From a virus (Duplodnaviria; Heunggongvirae; Uroviricota; Caudoviricetes): DNA of 64,000 bases. Location: IMG/VR virus record IMGVR_UViG_3300032167_000010; one strand, 5' to 3'. Below, piece by piece: positions 1-9,579 of the stretch (positions are counted from its first letter, which is position 1; each line of letters opens with the position of its first letter). Both the position numbers and the translations under genes were made by a program. The notes under the pieces are model-generated. The model was not told the origin of the DNA. It was given only the letters and a program-made list of their open reading frames with translations, and did not search any database.

Positions 1-5
1 ACGAT

Positions 6-281
6 GTGCAAAAGCATTTTAAGAAAGTAGTTAAAAAAGAAAGACCTGATGGCGAAGTTTATAGATATACGGAACACAGTAGTGAGTTCTGGCCGTATAG
101 ATTAGTTCAAATCGTGAGCAAGTTGCCCGATACATATAAAAACGACTTTATGGAGCGTTATGATATTAAAGAAGATAAATTAAATGCAGTTCTTACTGCT
201 ATCAATCGTGCTCCTAACCAAAAATTGTATCGTTATATTCGTAATATGCTTAGTGAGCTTAAAACTTCGTTTACATGTTAA
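6..281 (+). CDS. hypothetical protein, probably 5'-truncated by the window edge
   Basis: ORF track (GTG at 6); frame stays open back to nt 1; no SD upstream. Confidence 0.4.
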   Translation: MQKHFKKVVKKERPDGEVYRYTEHSSEFWPYRLVQIVSKLPDTYKNDFMERYDIKEDKLNAVLTAINRAPNQKLYRYIRNMLSELKTSFTC

Positions 282-339
282 TATATAAAGTTATTTATTG
301 TATTATATAATATAGAAACGAAATTAGGAGGATTACGTT

Positions 340-1041
340 TTGTACCTGGATTTATTTGACGAGCTTAGATTAAATAAAAAATTAGTAAGGATTGCTGGCT
401 TTGATGTCGCCGCTTATTGGGCCGAGCTACAAAGCGTTCTTAAACAAGTAGTTAAGAAACAGACTGCTGATGAAAGAGGATTCTTTACTTTAGATAGAGA
501 CTATATAGAAAGAGAAACTACTTTAACTATCACAAAGCAACTTAAGTGTGAAGAGAAGTTAGTTGCTATGGGAGTTATTATGAAAGACCCGGCAGAACCG
601 AATAAACTTGCTATTGCAGTAAACGGAATGGTTGCGGTAATCACAGATGAAGATACTACTAAGTTAAAGAAGTCTTCTAAAACTTCTGCTGATGCTAAGG
701 CCGCTAAGATCGCTGGGATTAAAGCGACAATGAAAAGAGCTATCTTTACTACTGACCCTGAACTTAGACCTGCTTATGAACGTTGGGTAGACGGAATGGT
801 TGATGCACAAAATTGTAAGTTTACTAAAGCAGTAGTACAACTGTTCGAGAAGACTGTGTCTCAATATACTACGAACATCGCTACACAACTTAAGATAATA
901 GAAGTCGCAACTATCAATAGCTACAAAGACGCAACTTGGGCAATTAACAAAATTACAAGCTCAACTAATTTTAGAACATCTGTTGCAACAGCACTTCCTG
1001 AGCAAAAGATATGTTCAGGTGTCTCTACAGAAGTTTTTTAA
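340..1041 (+). CDS. hypothetical protein (233 aa)
   Basis: ORF track; TTG start 8 nt after AGGAGG. Confidence 0.55.
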   Translation: MYLDLFDELRLNKKLVRIAGFDVAAYWAELQSVLKQVVKKQTADERGFFTLDRDYIERETTLTITKQLKCEEKLVAMGVIMKDPAEPNKLAIAVNGMVAVITDEDTTKLKKSSKTSADAKAAKIAGIKATMKRAIFTTDPELRPAYERWVDGMVDAQNCKFTKAVVQLFEKTVSQYTTNIATQLKIIEVATINSYKDATWAINKITSSTNFRTSVATALPEQKICSGVSTEVF

Positions 1042-1068
1042 AAAATTGTAAAAATATGTCAAAAATAG

Positions 1069-1097
1069 TTTACAAATATGCTTAAACGCGTTATAAT
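1069..1097 (+). promoter_or_regulatory. early-class promoter (UP-like A/T tract, -35 TTTACA, 17 bp spacer, TATAAT)
   Basis: TTTACA 1069-1074; TATAAT 1092-1097; A-rich tract upstream. Confidence 0.7.
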
Positions 1098-1128
1098 ATA
1101 TGTAGAATAAAAGTTGGAGGACAAATTT

Positions 1129-1509
1129 ATGGAAAAATTTATTGTTGTTGCAAATTTTACTTGTCATGACACTTGTGAAGATGACCTTTATACATCTCAA
1201 TGGTTAGTAGGAACTTTTGATAAAGTTGAAGATTGTATTGAGGCATCGAGAAAAGACTTAGGTAGAGTTGCTCAGGACCACTTTGAGTGTGTTCTTTGTG
1301 AAGAAGAATTTGAGAGTGAAAAAGAATACTACGACGCAATTGCTGAAAACGTTGCTAACTATTGCAGTGACCGTTGGGAGGCAATGATAGGAGGTATTGA
1401 AGTAGAACTAAATACCTCTAACTCAGTAGAAACTATGTCTAATGACTTTATTGATAGTGAGTTCACAGACCAACGTCAAATTGTAAAATATTATATACAT
1501 AAAATATGA
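1129..1509 (+). CDS. hypothetical small Cys-containing protein
   Basis: ORF track 1114..1509; internal ATG 9 nt after GGAGG preferred. Confidence 0.55.
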   Translation: MEKFIVVANFTCHDTCEDDLYTSQWLVGTFDKVEDCIEASRKDLGRVAQDHFECVLCEEEFESEKEYYDAIAENVANYCSDRWEAMIGGIEVELNTSNSVETMSNDFIDSEFTDQRQIVKYYIHKI

Positions 1510-1531
1510 TTAGTATACTGGAGAATGACTT

Positions 1532-1750
1532 ATGGAAAACATTTTAGAAATTATTAGAACAGAACTTGAAGAACTTGCTGAAGAACACAGAGTTGCGGCA
1601 AGTAATGAAAGACTTTGGGCAAAAGGATCGCCTGATGCAGAAACTGCTAAAATGCACGAAGACAATGTAATAGTAAATAATCAAATTGCAGACATATACA
1701 GTAATCTCGCGGCGAACGTTTTGTCTATCGTAGAAACTTACGGCAATTAA
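1532..1750 (+). CDS. hypothetical protein (72 aa)
   Basis: ORF track; SD-like CTGGAGAA upstream. Confidence 0.55.
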   Translation: MENILEIIRTELEELAEEHRVAASNERLWAKGSPDAETAKMHEDNVIVNNQIADIYSNLAANVLSIVETYGN

Positions 1751-1771
1751 AATATCTGGAGGATATATAAA

Positions 1772-2101
1772 ATGAAAAAATCAAAATACCTTGGTTTGAA
1801 ATCAGGCAATTGGGAATGCACGCATGTCGGAGTCGCTTCTGTACAACCTACATTCAAAAAGTATGAAAGGGATTTGTTTGGAAGACGTGTAAGGAGTAAG
1901 AGTCCTGGTAGTAAACAATACTACTATATCTTTGAAAGACTTACTTCCGACAAGAAAGCAATGAAGATGATTAGGCTCAACGCTGCTCAAGCGCGTCTAG
2001 TGCTCTGCAATTGGTTTACTGTTGAGGACTTTGCTAAAAAGAAAGAGACTAAGAGATCACAGGATTTTGCACATAAAGTGAGTTATAGTTTCTGTGATTA
2101 G
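1772..2101 (+). CDS. hypothetical protein (109 aa)
   Basis: ORF track; SD TGGAGGA 8 nt upstream. Confidence 0.55.
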   Translation: MKKSKYLGLKSGNWECTHVGVASVQPTFKKYERDLFGRRVRSKSPGSKQYYYIFERLTSDKKAMKMIRLNAAQARLVLCNWFTVEDFAKKKETKRSQDFAHKVSYSFCD

Positions 2102-2160
2102 TACATAAAATAAATTGATTTAATTGTGAAGTTTGTTAACAAGCTTGCAAATTGTAAAAT

Positions 2161-2200
2161 AGCACTGTGGTTGTTGGACAGTGCTATTTTAATTTTTTTT
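2161..2200 (+). terminator. rho-independent terminator
   Basis: hairpin agcactgt-N9-acagtgct followed by T-run. Confidence 0.6.
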
Positions 2201-2220
2201 GAAAAACTTGCTAAAAACAG

Positions 2221-2249
2221 TTTACAAATTACGGTAATTATGCTATAAT
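2221..2249 (+). promoter_or_regulatory. early-class promoter
   Basis: TTTACA 2221-2226; TGcTATAAT 2241-2249; 17 bp spacer. Confidence 0.7.
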
Positions 2250-2280
2250 ATAGATATAAAATAAATGGAGGATACATAGT

Positions 2281-2709
2281 ATGGATGAAATCGGAGCAAT
2301 TATCTTAGCAGTAGCTTTTATTGGTGGTATTATATTTTTAATAGGATACTGTACACTTGGAACAATTTTATATGATAGACTAGAAGACAAATATAGAAAA
2401 GAGTGGGAAGACGCCCATCCGAATGAACTTATTAGGATTAAAGAACTAGATAAAGAAATCGAAGCCCTTGAGCCGAAGCGACGACTATTACATACAATCA
2501 AGAAGCAGATTGATGAGATTACTGCGGAGATGAAGTATATAGCTAATACAGAAAATACTGAGCTAAAACTTCTTGGTTTAAAACGCATGGCAGAAACCCT
2601 TATAGAAGACGAGCGCCGTTGGTATAAACTACTCGGTGAACGTAATGATATATGTTATGCTTGGTCGGAATATATACAAAACAAAATGCCAAAATGGCTA
2701 AAATATTAA
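2281..2709 (+). CDS. membrane-anchored coiled-coil protein
   Basis: ORF track; N-terminal hydrophobic helix; SD TGGAGGA. Confidence 0.6.
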   Translation: MDEIGAIILAVAFIGGIIFLIGYCTLGTILYDRLEDKYRKEWEDAHPNELIRIKELDKEIEALEPKRRLLHTIKKQIDEITAEMKYIANTENTELKLLGLKRMAETLIEDERRWYKLLGERNDICYAWSEYIQNKMPKWLKY

Positions 2710-2737
2710 AAAATTTCAAAAATTTACCTAAAAACAG

Positions 2738-2766
2738 TTTACAAATTTTACCAAATATGATATAAT
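2738..2766 (+). promoter_or_regulatory. early-class promoter
   Basis: TTTACA 2738-2743; TGaTATAAT ending 2766; 17 bp spacer. Confidence 0.7.
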
Positions 2767-2798
2767 ATTTATAGTAAAAGTTTTGGAGGAAACTATAT

Positions 2799-3140
2799 AT
2801 GAAATTTTCAGATTTAGACAAAAGAGGTGTTGAATTATTTACAGAACACCACGAAGTTAAGTTTTACGAAATGATCTTATGCTTTGCTGCGGAAGAACTC
2901 TTCGAAGAAGATATTGATGAAATCGAATTAACAAATTATCAATTTAATAAACTATTAAATTGTATGACTTGTTATCTCGCTGATGACTATCACGTATCTC
3001 CTTGGCATGTTGCTGATGCACTCGTAGCATTAGTTAAGAAGCACGGAGCTGATACTGTTATTACAGACTGTAATGATGGAGGTAAGTTGCTAGAAACTGA
3101 ACTTTATAAGTTAGAGTCAGGAAGTTATGAAGGAGAATAA
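2799..3140 (+). CDS. hypothetical protein (113 aa)
   Basis: ORF track; SD TGGAGGA. Confidence 0.55.
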   Translation: MKFSDLDKRGVELFTEHHEVKFYEMILCFAAEELFEEDIDEIELTNYQFNKLLNCMTCYLADDYHVSPWHVADALVALVKKHGADTVITDCNDGGKLLETELYKLESGSYEGE

Positions 3141-3142
3141 GT

Positions 3143-3838
3143 ATGTTAAAAGTATATTGTGATGGAGCTTGCTCAGGAAATCCCGGTATGGGTGGTTGGG
3201 CATTTGTAATCCCTAAGTTAGAAGCAGAGGACTCTGGTTATTATGTAAAAACTACAAATAATCGTATGGAAATTACAGCAGTTATTGAAGCTCTTAATTA
3301 TGTTAATGAATACTTTTGGGGCGTTGACAAAGTAGAAATAATTACCGACAGTCAGTATGTAGTTAATACGATGACTAAAGGTTGGCAGAAGAAAAAGAAT
3401 CTAGACTTATGGGAAGCTCTTGATGAAATCCTCTATATGTTTAAAGAAGTCAAGTGGACTTGGGTTAAAGGACATGCCGATAATAAGCATAATCAAAGAT
3501 GTGATGAACTTGCTGTCGAAGCTTATAGAATATACCAACGTGCTAAAGAAGAGAAGGAAAGTCAAAAAGCTCACGAGGCCCTACATAAGTATGACGATTG
3601 TTATGATACAGAAATTCCACTTACTGCTACATCACCTCAGACAGCTGTAGCTATTGCGCTTACCGCACATAAGAGATATACTATTGGTAATCATACTTAT
3701 ACCATATTAGATTGTGCCGGCTTACCTGGTTTATATGTAATAGAGAAAGACTACTGTACACTTATCTACCACGGTACCTTTGACGATTGTATGTATGAAC
3801 TAAAAGACATAAAAAACCCAGACGCACTTCCTTTTTAA
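3143..3838 (+). CDS. rnh: ribonuclease H (RNase HI domain plus ~90 aa C-terminal extension)
   Basis: motifs CDGACSGNPG, TNNRMEI, TDSQYV, VKGHADNKHNQRCDELA match RNase HI catalytic core. Confidence 0.8.
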   Translation: MLKVYCDGACSGNPGMGGWAFVIPKLEAEDSGYYVKTTNNRMEITAVIEALNYVNEYFWGVDKVEIITDSQYVVNTMTKGWQKKKNLDLWEALDEILYMFKEVKWTWVKGHADNKHNQRCDELAVEAYRIYQRAKEEKESQKAHEALHKYDDCYDTEIPLTATSPQTAVAIALTAHKRYTIGNHTYTILDCAGLPGLYVIEKDYCTLIYHGTFDDCMYELKDIKNPDALPF

Positions 3839-3878
3839 AAATAATTTTAAAAATTTTTGAAAAAGCACGTTAAAACAG

Positions 3879-3907
3879 TTTACAAAATTGGAAAAATATG
3901 TTATAAT
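3879..3907 (+). promoter_or_regulatory. early-class promoter
   Basis: TTTACA 3879-3884; TATAAT 3902-3907; 17 bp spacer. Confidence 0.7.
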
Positions 3908-3939
3908 TATAAATGTAAATAAGTTTTGGAGGAAATATT

Positions 3940-4140
3940 ATGGAACTTAAACAATTTGCATTTGACGTATTGGGAGACTTTATGCCAGAAAGAGCTTATG
4001 AGATTACTGAAATGCGTGGTAAACCTGTTGTTATTGTTTTATACAAAGGTTTAGTGCAAGCGCCGAAAGAAATCATTTTTGACGAATGGAACAGAGCGAA
4101 AGCTGGAACTGAATTTGAAGAAGTAAGTCTTTATATGTAA
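3940..4140 (+). CDS. hypothetical protein (66 aa)
   Basis: ORF track; SD TGGAGGA. Confidence 0.55.
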   Translation: MELKQFAFDVLGDFMPERAYEITEMRGKPVVIVLYKGLVQAPKEIIFDEWNRAKAGTEFEEVSLYM

Positions 4141-4154
4141 GGAGGACCAAGAGT

Positions 4155-4547
4155 ATGTCTACACATTGTGGAATTGCAGTAAAAACAGAAAAAGGTTATA
4201 ACACTATCTACTGCCATCACGACGGATATGAAAGTTATATGTATCCTATGTTGGCTAAGAACTATGGTACAGAAGAAAGAGCTAGAGACTTAGTTAGCTT
4301 GGGTGATGCTTCTTGTATCTATGAAAGAATGGTGCCATCTAGAGAGTCTGGACATAGCTTCGACAATCCTGAGGATGGGGTTTGTGTTTTCTATCACAGA
4401 GACAGGGGCGAACGTTGGGAGCAGACTGCACCACAAGTTTTCACTAAGACTACAGTAGTAAATGATTTTTATTATGTGTATATTTTTGAAGACGGACAGT
4501 GGAACGCTTATAAGAACGGAAGAAAAATTATTGTGAGGGTAGACTAA
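4155..4547 (+). CDS. hypothetical protein (130 aa)
   Basis: ORF track; SD AAGGAGGA. Confidence 0.55.
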   Translation: MSTHCGIAVKTEKGYNTIYCHHDGYESYMYPMLAKNYGTEERARDLVSLGDASCIYERMVPSRESGHSFDNPEDGVCVFYHRDRGERWEQTAPQVFTKTTVVNDFYYVYIFEDGQWNAYKNGRKIIVRVD

Positions 4548-4700
4548 TGACTGAGCTCGAACTTATAAAACTTAAGAAAGAAATTTATTACTATTCTGAT
4601 ATCGAGCCAACTGACGAAGAAGCTTGGGAAATCTATGATATCATGCAAGAAAAGCCATACGCAGATTTGAGCGCTGTTGTTGCGGACTACTATGGATGTT
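4548..4700 (+). CDS. hypothetical small protein (51 aa)
   Basis: ORF missed by the 60-aa track cutoff; ATG overlaps upstream stop (TAATGA); ends just before next SD. Confidence 0.4.
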
Positions 4701-4713
4701 AAGGAGGATTAGT

Positions 4714-4941
4714 ATGAAAATTGAAATGACTACGTCGCCTGCAATACATATTAAAGCTATTGGGTACGAGAAGACTAATACAGAAGAAATCTTAAGTCTC
4801 GAGCTTCCTGATGGAATTCGTAAGTTTTACGGAGTGCCGAAGAACATTTATGACGAGCTCATCAAAGTCTTACATCGAGCTGACTTCTTGGTTAAGGTTT
4901 TAGCAAATAATTATAAATATGAAGATATAGTTTGTAATTAA
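4714..4941 (+). CDS. hypothetical protein
   Basis: ORF track 4696..4941; ATG 7 nt after AAGGAGGA. Confidence 0.5.
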   Translation: MKIEMTTSPAIHIKAIGYEKTNTEEILSLELPDGIRKFYGVPKNIYDELIKVLHRADFLVKVLANNYKYEDIVCN

Positions 4942-4979
4942 AAAATTTTTAAAAAAGTTTTAAAACAGGCTTAAAACAG

Positions 4980-5008
4980 TTTACAAATATTTAATTTTGT
5001 GGTATAAT
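4980..5008 (+). promoter_or_regulatory. early-class promoter
   Basis: TTTACA 4980-4985; TGgTATAAT ending 5008; 17 bp spacer. Confidence 0.7.
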
Positions 5009-5039
5009 ATATGTATAAAGATTGTTAAGGAGAGTACAT

Positions 5040-6338
5040 ATGAAAACACTTATTCACTTTAAGGAATTCTGCGACGAAATTACACAAAGTGCGAGCAGAA
5101 AATACAAACAAGAAGTATTAACTAAATATAAAGATGATGAAGTAATTAAGAAATATCTTAAGATTGCTTATGATCCTTATGAGGTATACGGAATTTCTAC
5201 TAAGAAGCTTTCTAAAGGTATTGCTGGAATGACCCTATACACTTTTGATACTATCCTCGAACTCTTTGATTACTTAAAAGTACATAACACAGGCAGAGAC
5301 TGCGATGTTAAATTATGTCAAGCAACATTAGAAGTTGTATATTCGGCGTTTGAGGGCTGTACTTTACTTCTTAAAGAACTTATCTGTAAAGATTTGAGTA
5401 TCGGGTGTGATGCGAAGACCATTAACTCTGTAATGCCTAATCTAATTCCTACGTTTGATGTACAACTCGCCAATAAATACTTCGATAAGCCTGATTACGT
5501 AGAAGGAAAGGAATTTGCTATTACTACGAAGATAGACGGCGGAAGAATTATTGCTATAAAGGAAAATGGCCAAGTTTCATTTTTCACTCGTGCTGGACAA
5601 AGATACGAAGGATTAGTTGATCTCGAAAAAGAAATGCTTGACCGAATTCCGGACAATTTCGTTTTTGATGGTGAGATTACTTTACTTGACTACAAGAGCT
5701 ATGATTCTAAAGACGCTTATAAGCAGGCAATGAAGATTACTAGAGCGGACGGCGAAAAGCATGGAGTTAAGATGCTTGTCTTCGATTGTATGTCTGCGGA
5801 AGAGTTTCGTAAGCAACACTGTCTGGCTGGTTGGTATGTAAGAAGAACGTTAGTAGAAAGTATTTTCAATCTTGCTGGAGACCTTACATATTTCGAACTT
5901 CTTCCAGTATTGTATCAAGGAACTGATACTTCTAAGATTACAGAATTGTTAGATGCCGAGATTGCTCGTGGCCAAGAAGGTATAATGATTAACATTTGCG
6001 ACGCGAAGTACGAATTCAAAAGAACGAACTCACTTCTTAAAGTAAAGAAGATGAATACCCTCGACCTTCAAATCATCGGCTTCGAAGAAGGATCTGGAAG
6101 ACTTGCCGGAACGTTAGGAGCTATCTTAGTTAGATACAAAGATGGAAACATCGTAAAAGTCGGCTCTGGATTTACGGACTGGTTGAGAGAAGAGATTTGG
6201 AAAAATCAAGGAAAGTATTTAGACACTATCTGCGAGATCCAGTATTTTGAAGAGACTACTAATCAAGACGGCGGAATTTCACTTCGCTTCCCTATCTTCA
6301 AAGATTTCAGAACTGACAAGCTTGAGGCCGACTTCTAA
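5040..6338 (+). CDS. lig: ATP-dependent DNA ligase
   Basis: motif I TKIDGGRII (KxDGxR), motif IV QEGIMI, motif V LLKVKK; ORF track 5022..6338 with ATG after AAGGAGAG. Confidence 0.8.
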   Translation: MKTLIHFKEFCDEITQSASRKYKQEVLTKYKDDEVIKKYLKIAYDPYEVYGISTKKLSKGIAGMTLYTFDTILELFDYLKVHNTGRDCDVKLCQATLEVVYSAFEGCTLLLKELICKDLSIGCDAKTINSVMPNLIPTFDVQLANKYFDKPDYVEGKEFAITTKIDGGRIIAIKENGQVSFFTRAGQRYEGLVDLEKEMLDRIPDNFVFDGEITLLDYKSYDSKDAYKQAMKITRADGEKHGVKMLVFDCMSAEEFRKQHCLAGWYVRRTLVESIFNLAGDLTYFELLPVLYQGTDTSKITELLDAEIARGQEGIMINICDAKYEFKRTNSLLKVKKMNTLDLQIIGFEEGSGRLAGTLGAILVRYKDGNIVKVGSGFTDWLREEIWKNQGKYLDTICEIQYFEETTNQDGGISLRFPIFKDFRTDKLEADF

Positions 6339-6356
6339 TAAATTATTAAATTAATA

Positions 6357-6390
6357 AAACCCGTGTATTAATCTGCACGGGTTTTTCTTT
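6357..6390 (+). terminator. rho-independent terminator
   Basis: hairpin aaacccgtg-N9-cacgggttt plus T-run. Confidence 0.65.
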
Positions 6391-6424
6391 ATAAAAAATT
6401 TTTGGAAAATTATGCCAAAAATAG

Positions 6425-6453
6425 TTTACAAAATTAAATTTTTATGTTATAAT
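6425..6453 (+). promoter_or_regulatory. early-class promoter
   Basis: TTTACA 6425-6430; TGtTATAAT ending 6453. Confidence 0.7.
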
Positions 6454-6484
6454 ATAAGTATAAAGCTTAAGTGAGGTACATATT

Positions 6485-6660
6485 ATGAAAAAGATTATTG
6501 TTGTTGTAGCAGACGGAAATGTTGAGACTGTGTTCACTAATGTTGATGAGGAAGTTGAACTTGAGATTGTAGACTTTGATTCTTGTTTTGATTCCCACGA
6601 TGAGCAAGAAGCTTTGGGAGATTACATTGACAGTCTTCGTGCGACAATGAAAGAAATTTA
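6485..6660 (+). CDS. hypothetical acidic small protein (58 aa)
   Basis: ORF below track cutoff; SD GTGAGGT 8 nt upstream. Confidence 0.45.
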
Positions 6661-6672
6661 AGGAGACTAGTT

Positions 6673-6864
6673 ATGAAAAGAGCGGAACAAGTAAGTCAAA
6701 AGAAAACTAAAAAAGAATCTTTGTCTTTTAATATAAAAGTAAATCCTACACATGTGCCTAATATAGAACATGTCCGTATGTGTGAGAAGTTTCCAGCGAG
6801 AACTTTTGAAGATAAGAGATTTAAGAAGCCGAAGCATAAAGAAAAATATTTAGAAAATTATTAA
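6673..6864 (+). CDS. hypothetical basic small protein
   Basis: ORF track; SD AAGGAGA. Confidence 0.5.
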   Translation: MKRAEQVSQKKTKKESLSFNIKVNPTHVPNIEHVRMCEKFPARTFEDKRFKKPKHKEKYLENY

Positions 6865-6882
6865 AAAGTGCTTAAAAATGCT

Positions 6883-6910
6883 TTACAAAATTGGTAAAAT
6901 GTGTTATAAT
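6883..6910 (+). promoter_or_regulatory. early-class promoter (16 bp spacer variant)
   Basis: TTTACA 6883-6888; TGtTATAAT ending 6910. Confidence 0.6.
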
Positions 6911-6949
6911 ATATACATAAAGAATAAATAAAGTTTGGAGGAAACTTTT

Positions 6950-7288
6950 ATGAAAAAAGACCTTAAGAAAACAAATTATGTAATCGTTATGGATTATAGC
7001 AAAGAAAGCTATTTAGCGGAGGCTTACTTATTAGGCTGGAACAATAACGAAGACTGGTTTGACACTGGTATTGACAGTCGCGATATTATGACTCCAGCAG
7101 GTAATGTTAAAAAGAATCATTGGGGTTTAATTGATGTTGACTCACACTCTAGTGCTTATGTAGGTGAAACTTTTGAAGACTGTGCGGACTATGCCGACGG
7201 TGCTAGAAAAGAAGGTTATGAATGTACTATCTGTCGTTTAGAAAAAGACGACGAAGGCAATATCAGACTTATACCAGTAGAAGACTAA
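6950..7288 (+). CDS. hypothetical protein
   Basis: ORF track 6935..7288; ATG 9 nt after GGAGG. Confidence 0.5.
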   Translation: MKKDLKKTNYVIVMDYSKESYLAEAYLLGWNNNEDWFDTGIDSRDIMTPAGNVKKNHWGLIDVDSHSSAYVGETFEDCADYADGARKEGYECTICRLEKDDEGNIRLIPVED

Positions 7289-7311
7289 TACATAATAAGG
7301 AGAATATAATT

Positions 7312-7728
7312 ATGGAAAAGAAAACAACTCGTAGTTCAGTAGAAATTTTAGCAGACATTGATAGATTAAAGCAAGAACTAAAACAAGCTTTAACTGCCGA
7401 AAAGAAAGCAGGTTATAGCGAATTACCTAAAGTAGTTTACATTTGGGATATGTACTTGAATGAAGAAGATAAGGGTAATTGGACTAGTGCTGAAATTTAT
7501 AACGGTCTATATTCCGGTGCAGTTTTTGAGACTGAAGAAGAAGCTTATGATGCTGGTTTGTTTCATCTTAGAGAATTAGAAGATGAAGGTGAATTGACTT
7601 ATGAAGATGAAGACGGCGAAGAATATGAAGCAGAGCCAGAAGATTATACAATCGATACTGTTGCAATTTCAGTTAAGGACGTGGATGAAGAAACTTTAGC
7701 AGGTTCTGGTTTAGAACATTTAATTTAA
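7312..7728 (+). CDS. hypothetical highly acidic protein
   Basis: ORF track 7222..7728; ATG after AAGGAGAA; Glu/Asp-rich C-terminal half. Confidence 0.55.
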   Translation: MEKKTTRSSVEILADIDRLKQELKQALTAEKKAGYSELPKVVYIWDMYLNEEDKGNWTSAEIYNGLYSGAVFETEEEAYDAGLFHLRELEDEGELTYEDEDGEEYEAEPEDYTIDTVAISVKDVDEETLAGSGLEHLI

Positions 7729-7742
7729 TAACGAGGTAGAAA

Positions 7743-8483
7743 ATGGATAAAGAATTATTTACAGAAATACTAGAGTCTCTAAAACAACGTAAGGATTTGT
7801 GCGAAAGTTTTCTAGGCACAGTACATACCACAGAAGATCTTAAACAACTTTCTCTCGCTCGAGCAGTAGAACTTAAGAAGTTTTGTGTAGAAGAAGAAGT
7901 AATCATGACTAAGATTGTTATGGTTGATCTCTACCATATTATTGGCATGGGACAGTTGTCGCCAACTCAGATGATGAAGTTTACATATTTAATGCAGGAC
8001 TACCTTTCTTACCGCCCAGTGATAAAAGCTCTTGCTCAGAAGTTAGACCGCATCGAAGAACTTCCTAAAATCCCTATTAAAACTAAATTTAAGTTAATGG
8101 GATTGGGCAACGCTACTCTAACTTATGGTGAAGGTGAAGTAGTTGATGAAGCTTCAATAGAAGACTACGATAAACTTAGGGAACAGAATATCCCTGAACC
8201 TCCCGCTGAACTTCCTTTTACAATCTCAGGCAATAAGATTAAAGTAGACCTTGGCAAGCTTGATGTGTTTGTTCAGTTAATGGAAATGTTGTTTAAGACA
8301 CCACTCTCTGTTGATAAACTTAAGAGTAAAATTAGTAGTCATGGTGAGTATATAGGAATTACTTGGACTGATATGTTCTATGAAGAAACTTGCGAAGGAC
8401 CTGCTGGTATTTTTGCAGTAGGCAATATGACATCTAACAGCACTCGTCAAAAGATTATGAGTTATGTTAATAAAAAATCTTAA
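7743..8483 (+). CDS. hypothetical protein (246 aa)
   Basis: ORF track; SD-like CGAGGTAG. Confidence 0.55.
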   Translation: MDKELFTEILESLKQRKDLCESFLGTVHTTEDLKQLSLARAVELKKFCVEEEVIMTKIVMVDLYHIIGMGQLSPTQMMKFTYLMQDYLSYRPVIKALAQKLDRIEELPKIPIKTKFKLMGLGNATLTYGEGEVVDEASIEDYDKLREQNIPEPPAELPFTISGNKIKVDLGKLDVFVQLMEMLFKTPLSVDKLKSKISSHGEYIGITWTDMFYEETCEGPAGIFAVGNMTSNSTRQKIMSYVNKKS

Positions 8484-8521
8484 AAATTTTTTAATTTTTT
8501 TGAAAAAGTATATAAAAACAG

Positions 8522-8550
8522 TTTACAAAACTGGTAAAATATGTTATAAT
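8522..8550 (+). promoter_or_regulatory. early-class promoter
   Basis: TTTACA 8522-8527; TGtTATAAT ending 8550. Confidence 0.7.
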
Positions 8551-8593
8551 ATAATTACAAAGTAAATAAACAAATTTTTTGGAGGAAAAATTT

Positions 8594-9106
8594 ATGAACA
8601 AAAAACGTTTTAAGAACATTATTGAACCTGCTAAGAACTTTACAAAGGCATCAGAAGTTTACAACTATCTAGAGTCTCTCGACGATGTAAACTTTATGGC
8701 AAGTGCAATCGCTTATGGATTTGGTTGTACTTATGATGACTACATAGAAGCAGAAGTACACAGTGCTTTATTAGAATTAGTACAAGACAAAGATAAGACT
8801 ATTGCCGAAGTTTATGACGAATACTGTGAGATGTATGCCGAAGAAGAAAGTGATAAAGACTATGATGACGATGAAACATTCAGCTGTTTTAATGGTTATG
8901 ACGGACAAGAACCTGAAGATATAATTGCTTGTGCGGTATTTGATGTATTAGACGCTGTAGATAAGTCTAAAACGGTTAAAGAGGGTTTCAAAGCATTCTT
9001 CCTTGAATATATGGTATATGACAGTGAATTAGATGAAGTTGTATATCTTTTAGACTTAGATGAATACGACATCGAAGACGACTCTGACGAATATTTTAAT
9101 AAATAA
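8594..9106 (+). CDS. hypothetical highly acidic protein
   Basis: ORF track 8579..9106; ATG 8 nt after GGAGG; Asp/Glu-rich. Confidence 0.55.
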   Translation: MNKKRFKNIIEPAKNFTKASEVYNYLESLDDVNFMASAIAYGFGCTYDDYIEAEVHSALLELVQDKDKTIAEVYDEYCEMYAEEESDKDYDDDETFSCFNGYDGQEPEDIIACAVFDVLDAVDKSKTVKEGFKAFFLEYMVYDSELDEVVYLLDLDEYDIEDDSDEYFNK

Positions 9107-9111
9107 CAATA

Positions 9112-9150
9112 GAAATAACCTATCATAAAAGGTAGGTTATTTTTTTTATT
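9112..9150 (+). terminator. rho-independent terminator
   Basis: hairpin aataacctatc-N7-gtaggttatt plus long T-run. Confidence 0.6.
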
Positions 9151-9175
9151 TTTTTTGAAAAGTGCTTAAAAACAG

Positions 9176-9204
9176 TTTACAAATTACGGTAAATGTGATA
9201 TAAT
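9176..9204 (+). promoter_or_regulatory. early-class promoter
   Basis: TTTACA 9176-9181; TGtgaTATAAT region ending 9204; 17 bp spacer. Confidence 0.7.
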
Positions 9205-9238
9205 ATATGTAAGATAAAACGAGGAGGACGTAAGTCTT

Positions 9239-9562
9239 ATGGAAATTATTAAAGTAGAAACAAAAGAACAATTAAAGGCACTCAATGACTGTTCTGCGAT
9301 GACGTGGGAAGGTTTAAGAGAAGAAGACTTTGGTGTTGCATTAAGTATGTGCGGTGCTGAAGGTGCTAAAGGTTATTGCACATTAGGTAAAGTAATGAAC
9401 AAACTTTGTAAGTTAACCGGTTCTAATGCTTATCCTGATGACTTGACTATTTTTAGTATTGATAAGTTTAAGGGACTTGCTATTACGGTAGGTGCTCGCT
9501 GGATGGATGATGTCATTTCGAATAACGCTCGCAGAGAAGGCTATTATCCTTTTAGAAAATAA
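9239..9562 (+). CDS. hypothetical protein (107 aa)
   Basis: ORF track; SD CGAGGAGGA. Confidence 0.55.
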   Translation: MEIIKVETKEQLKALNDCSAMTWEGLREEDFGVALSMCGAEGAKGYCTLGKVMNKLCKLTGSNAYPDDLTIFSIDKFKGLAITVGARWMDDVISNNARREGYYPFRK

Positions 9563-9579
9563 TTGGAGGAATACATATT

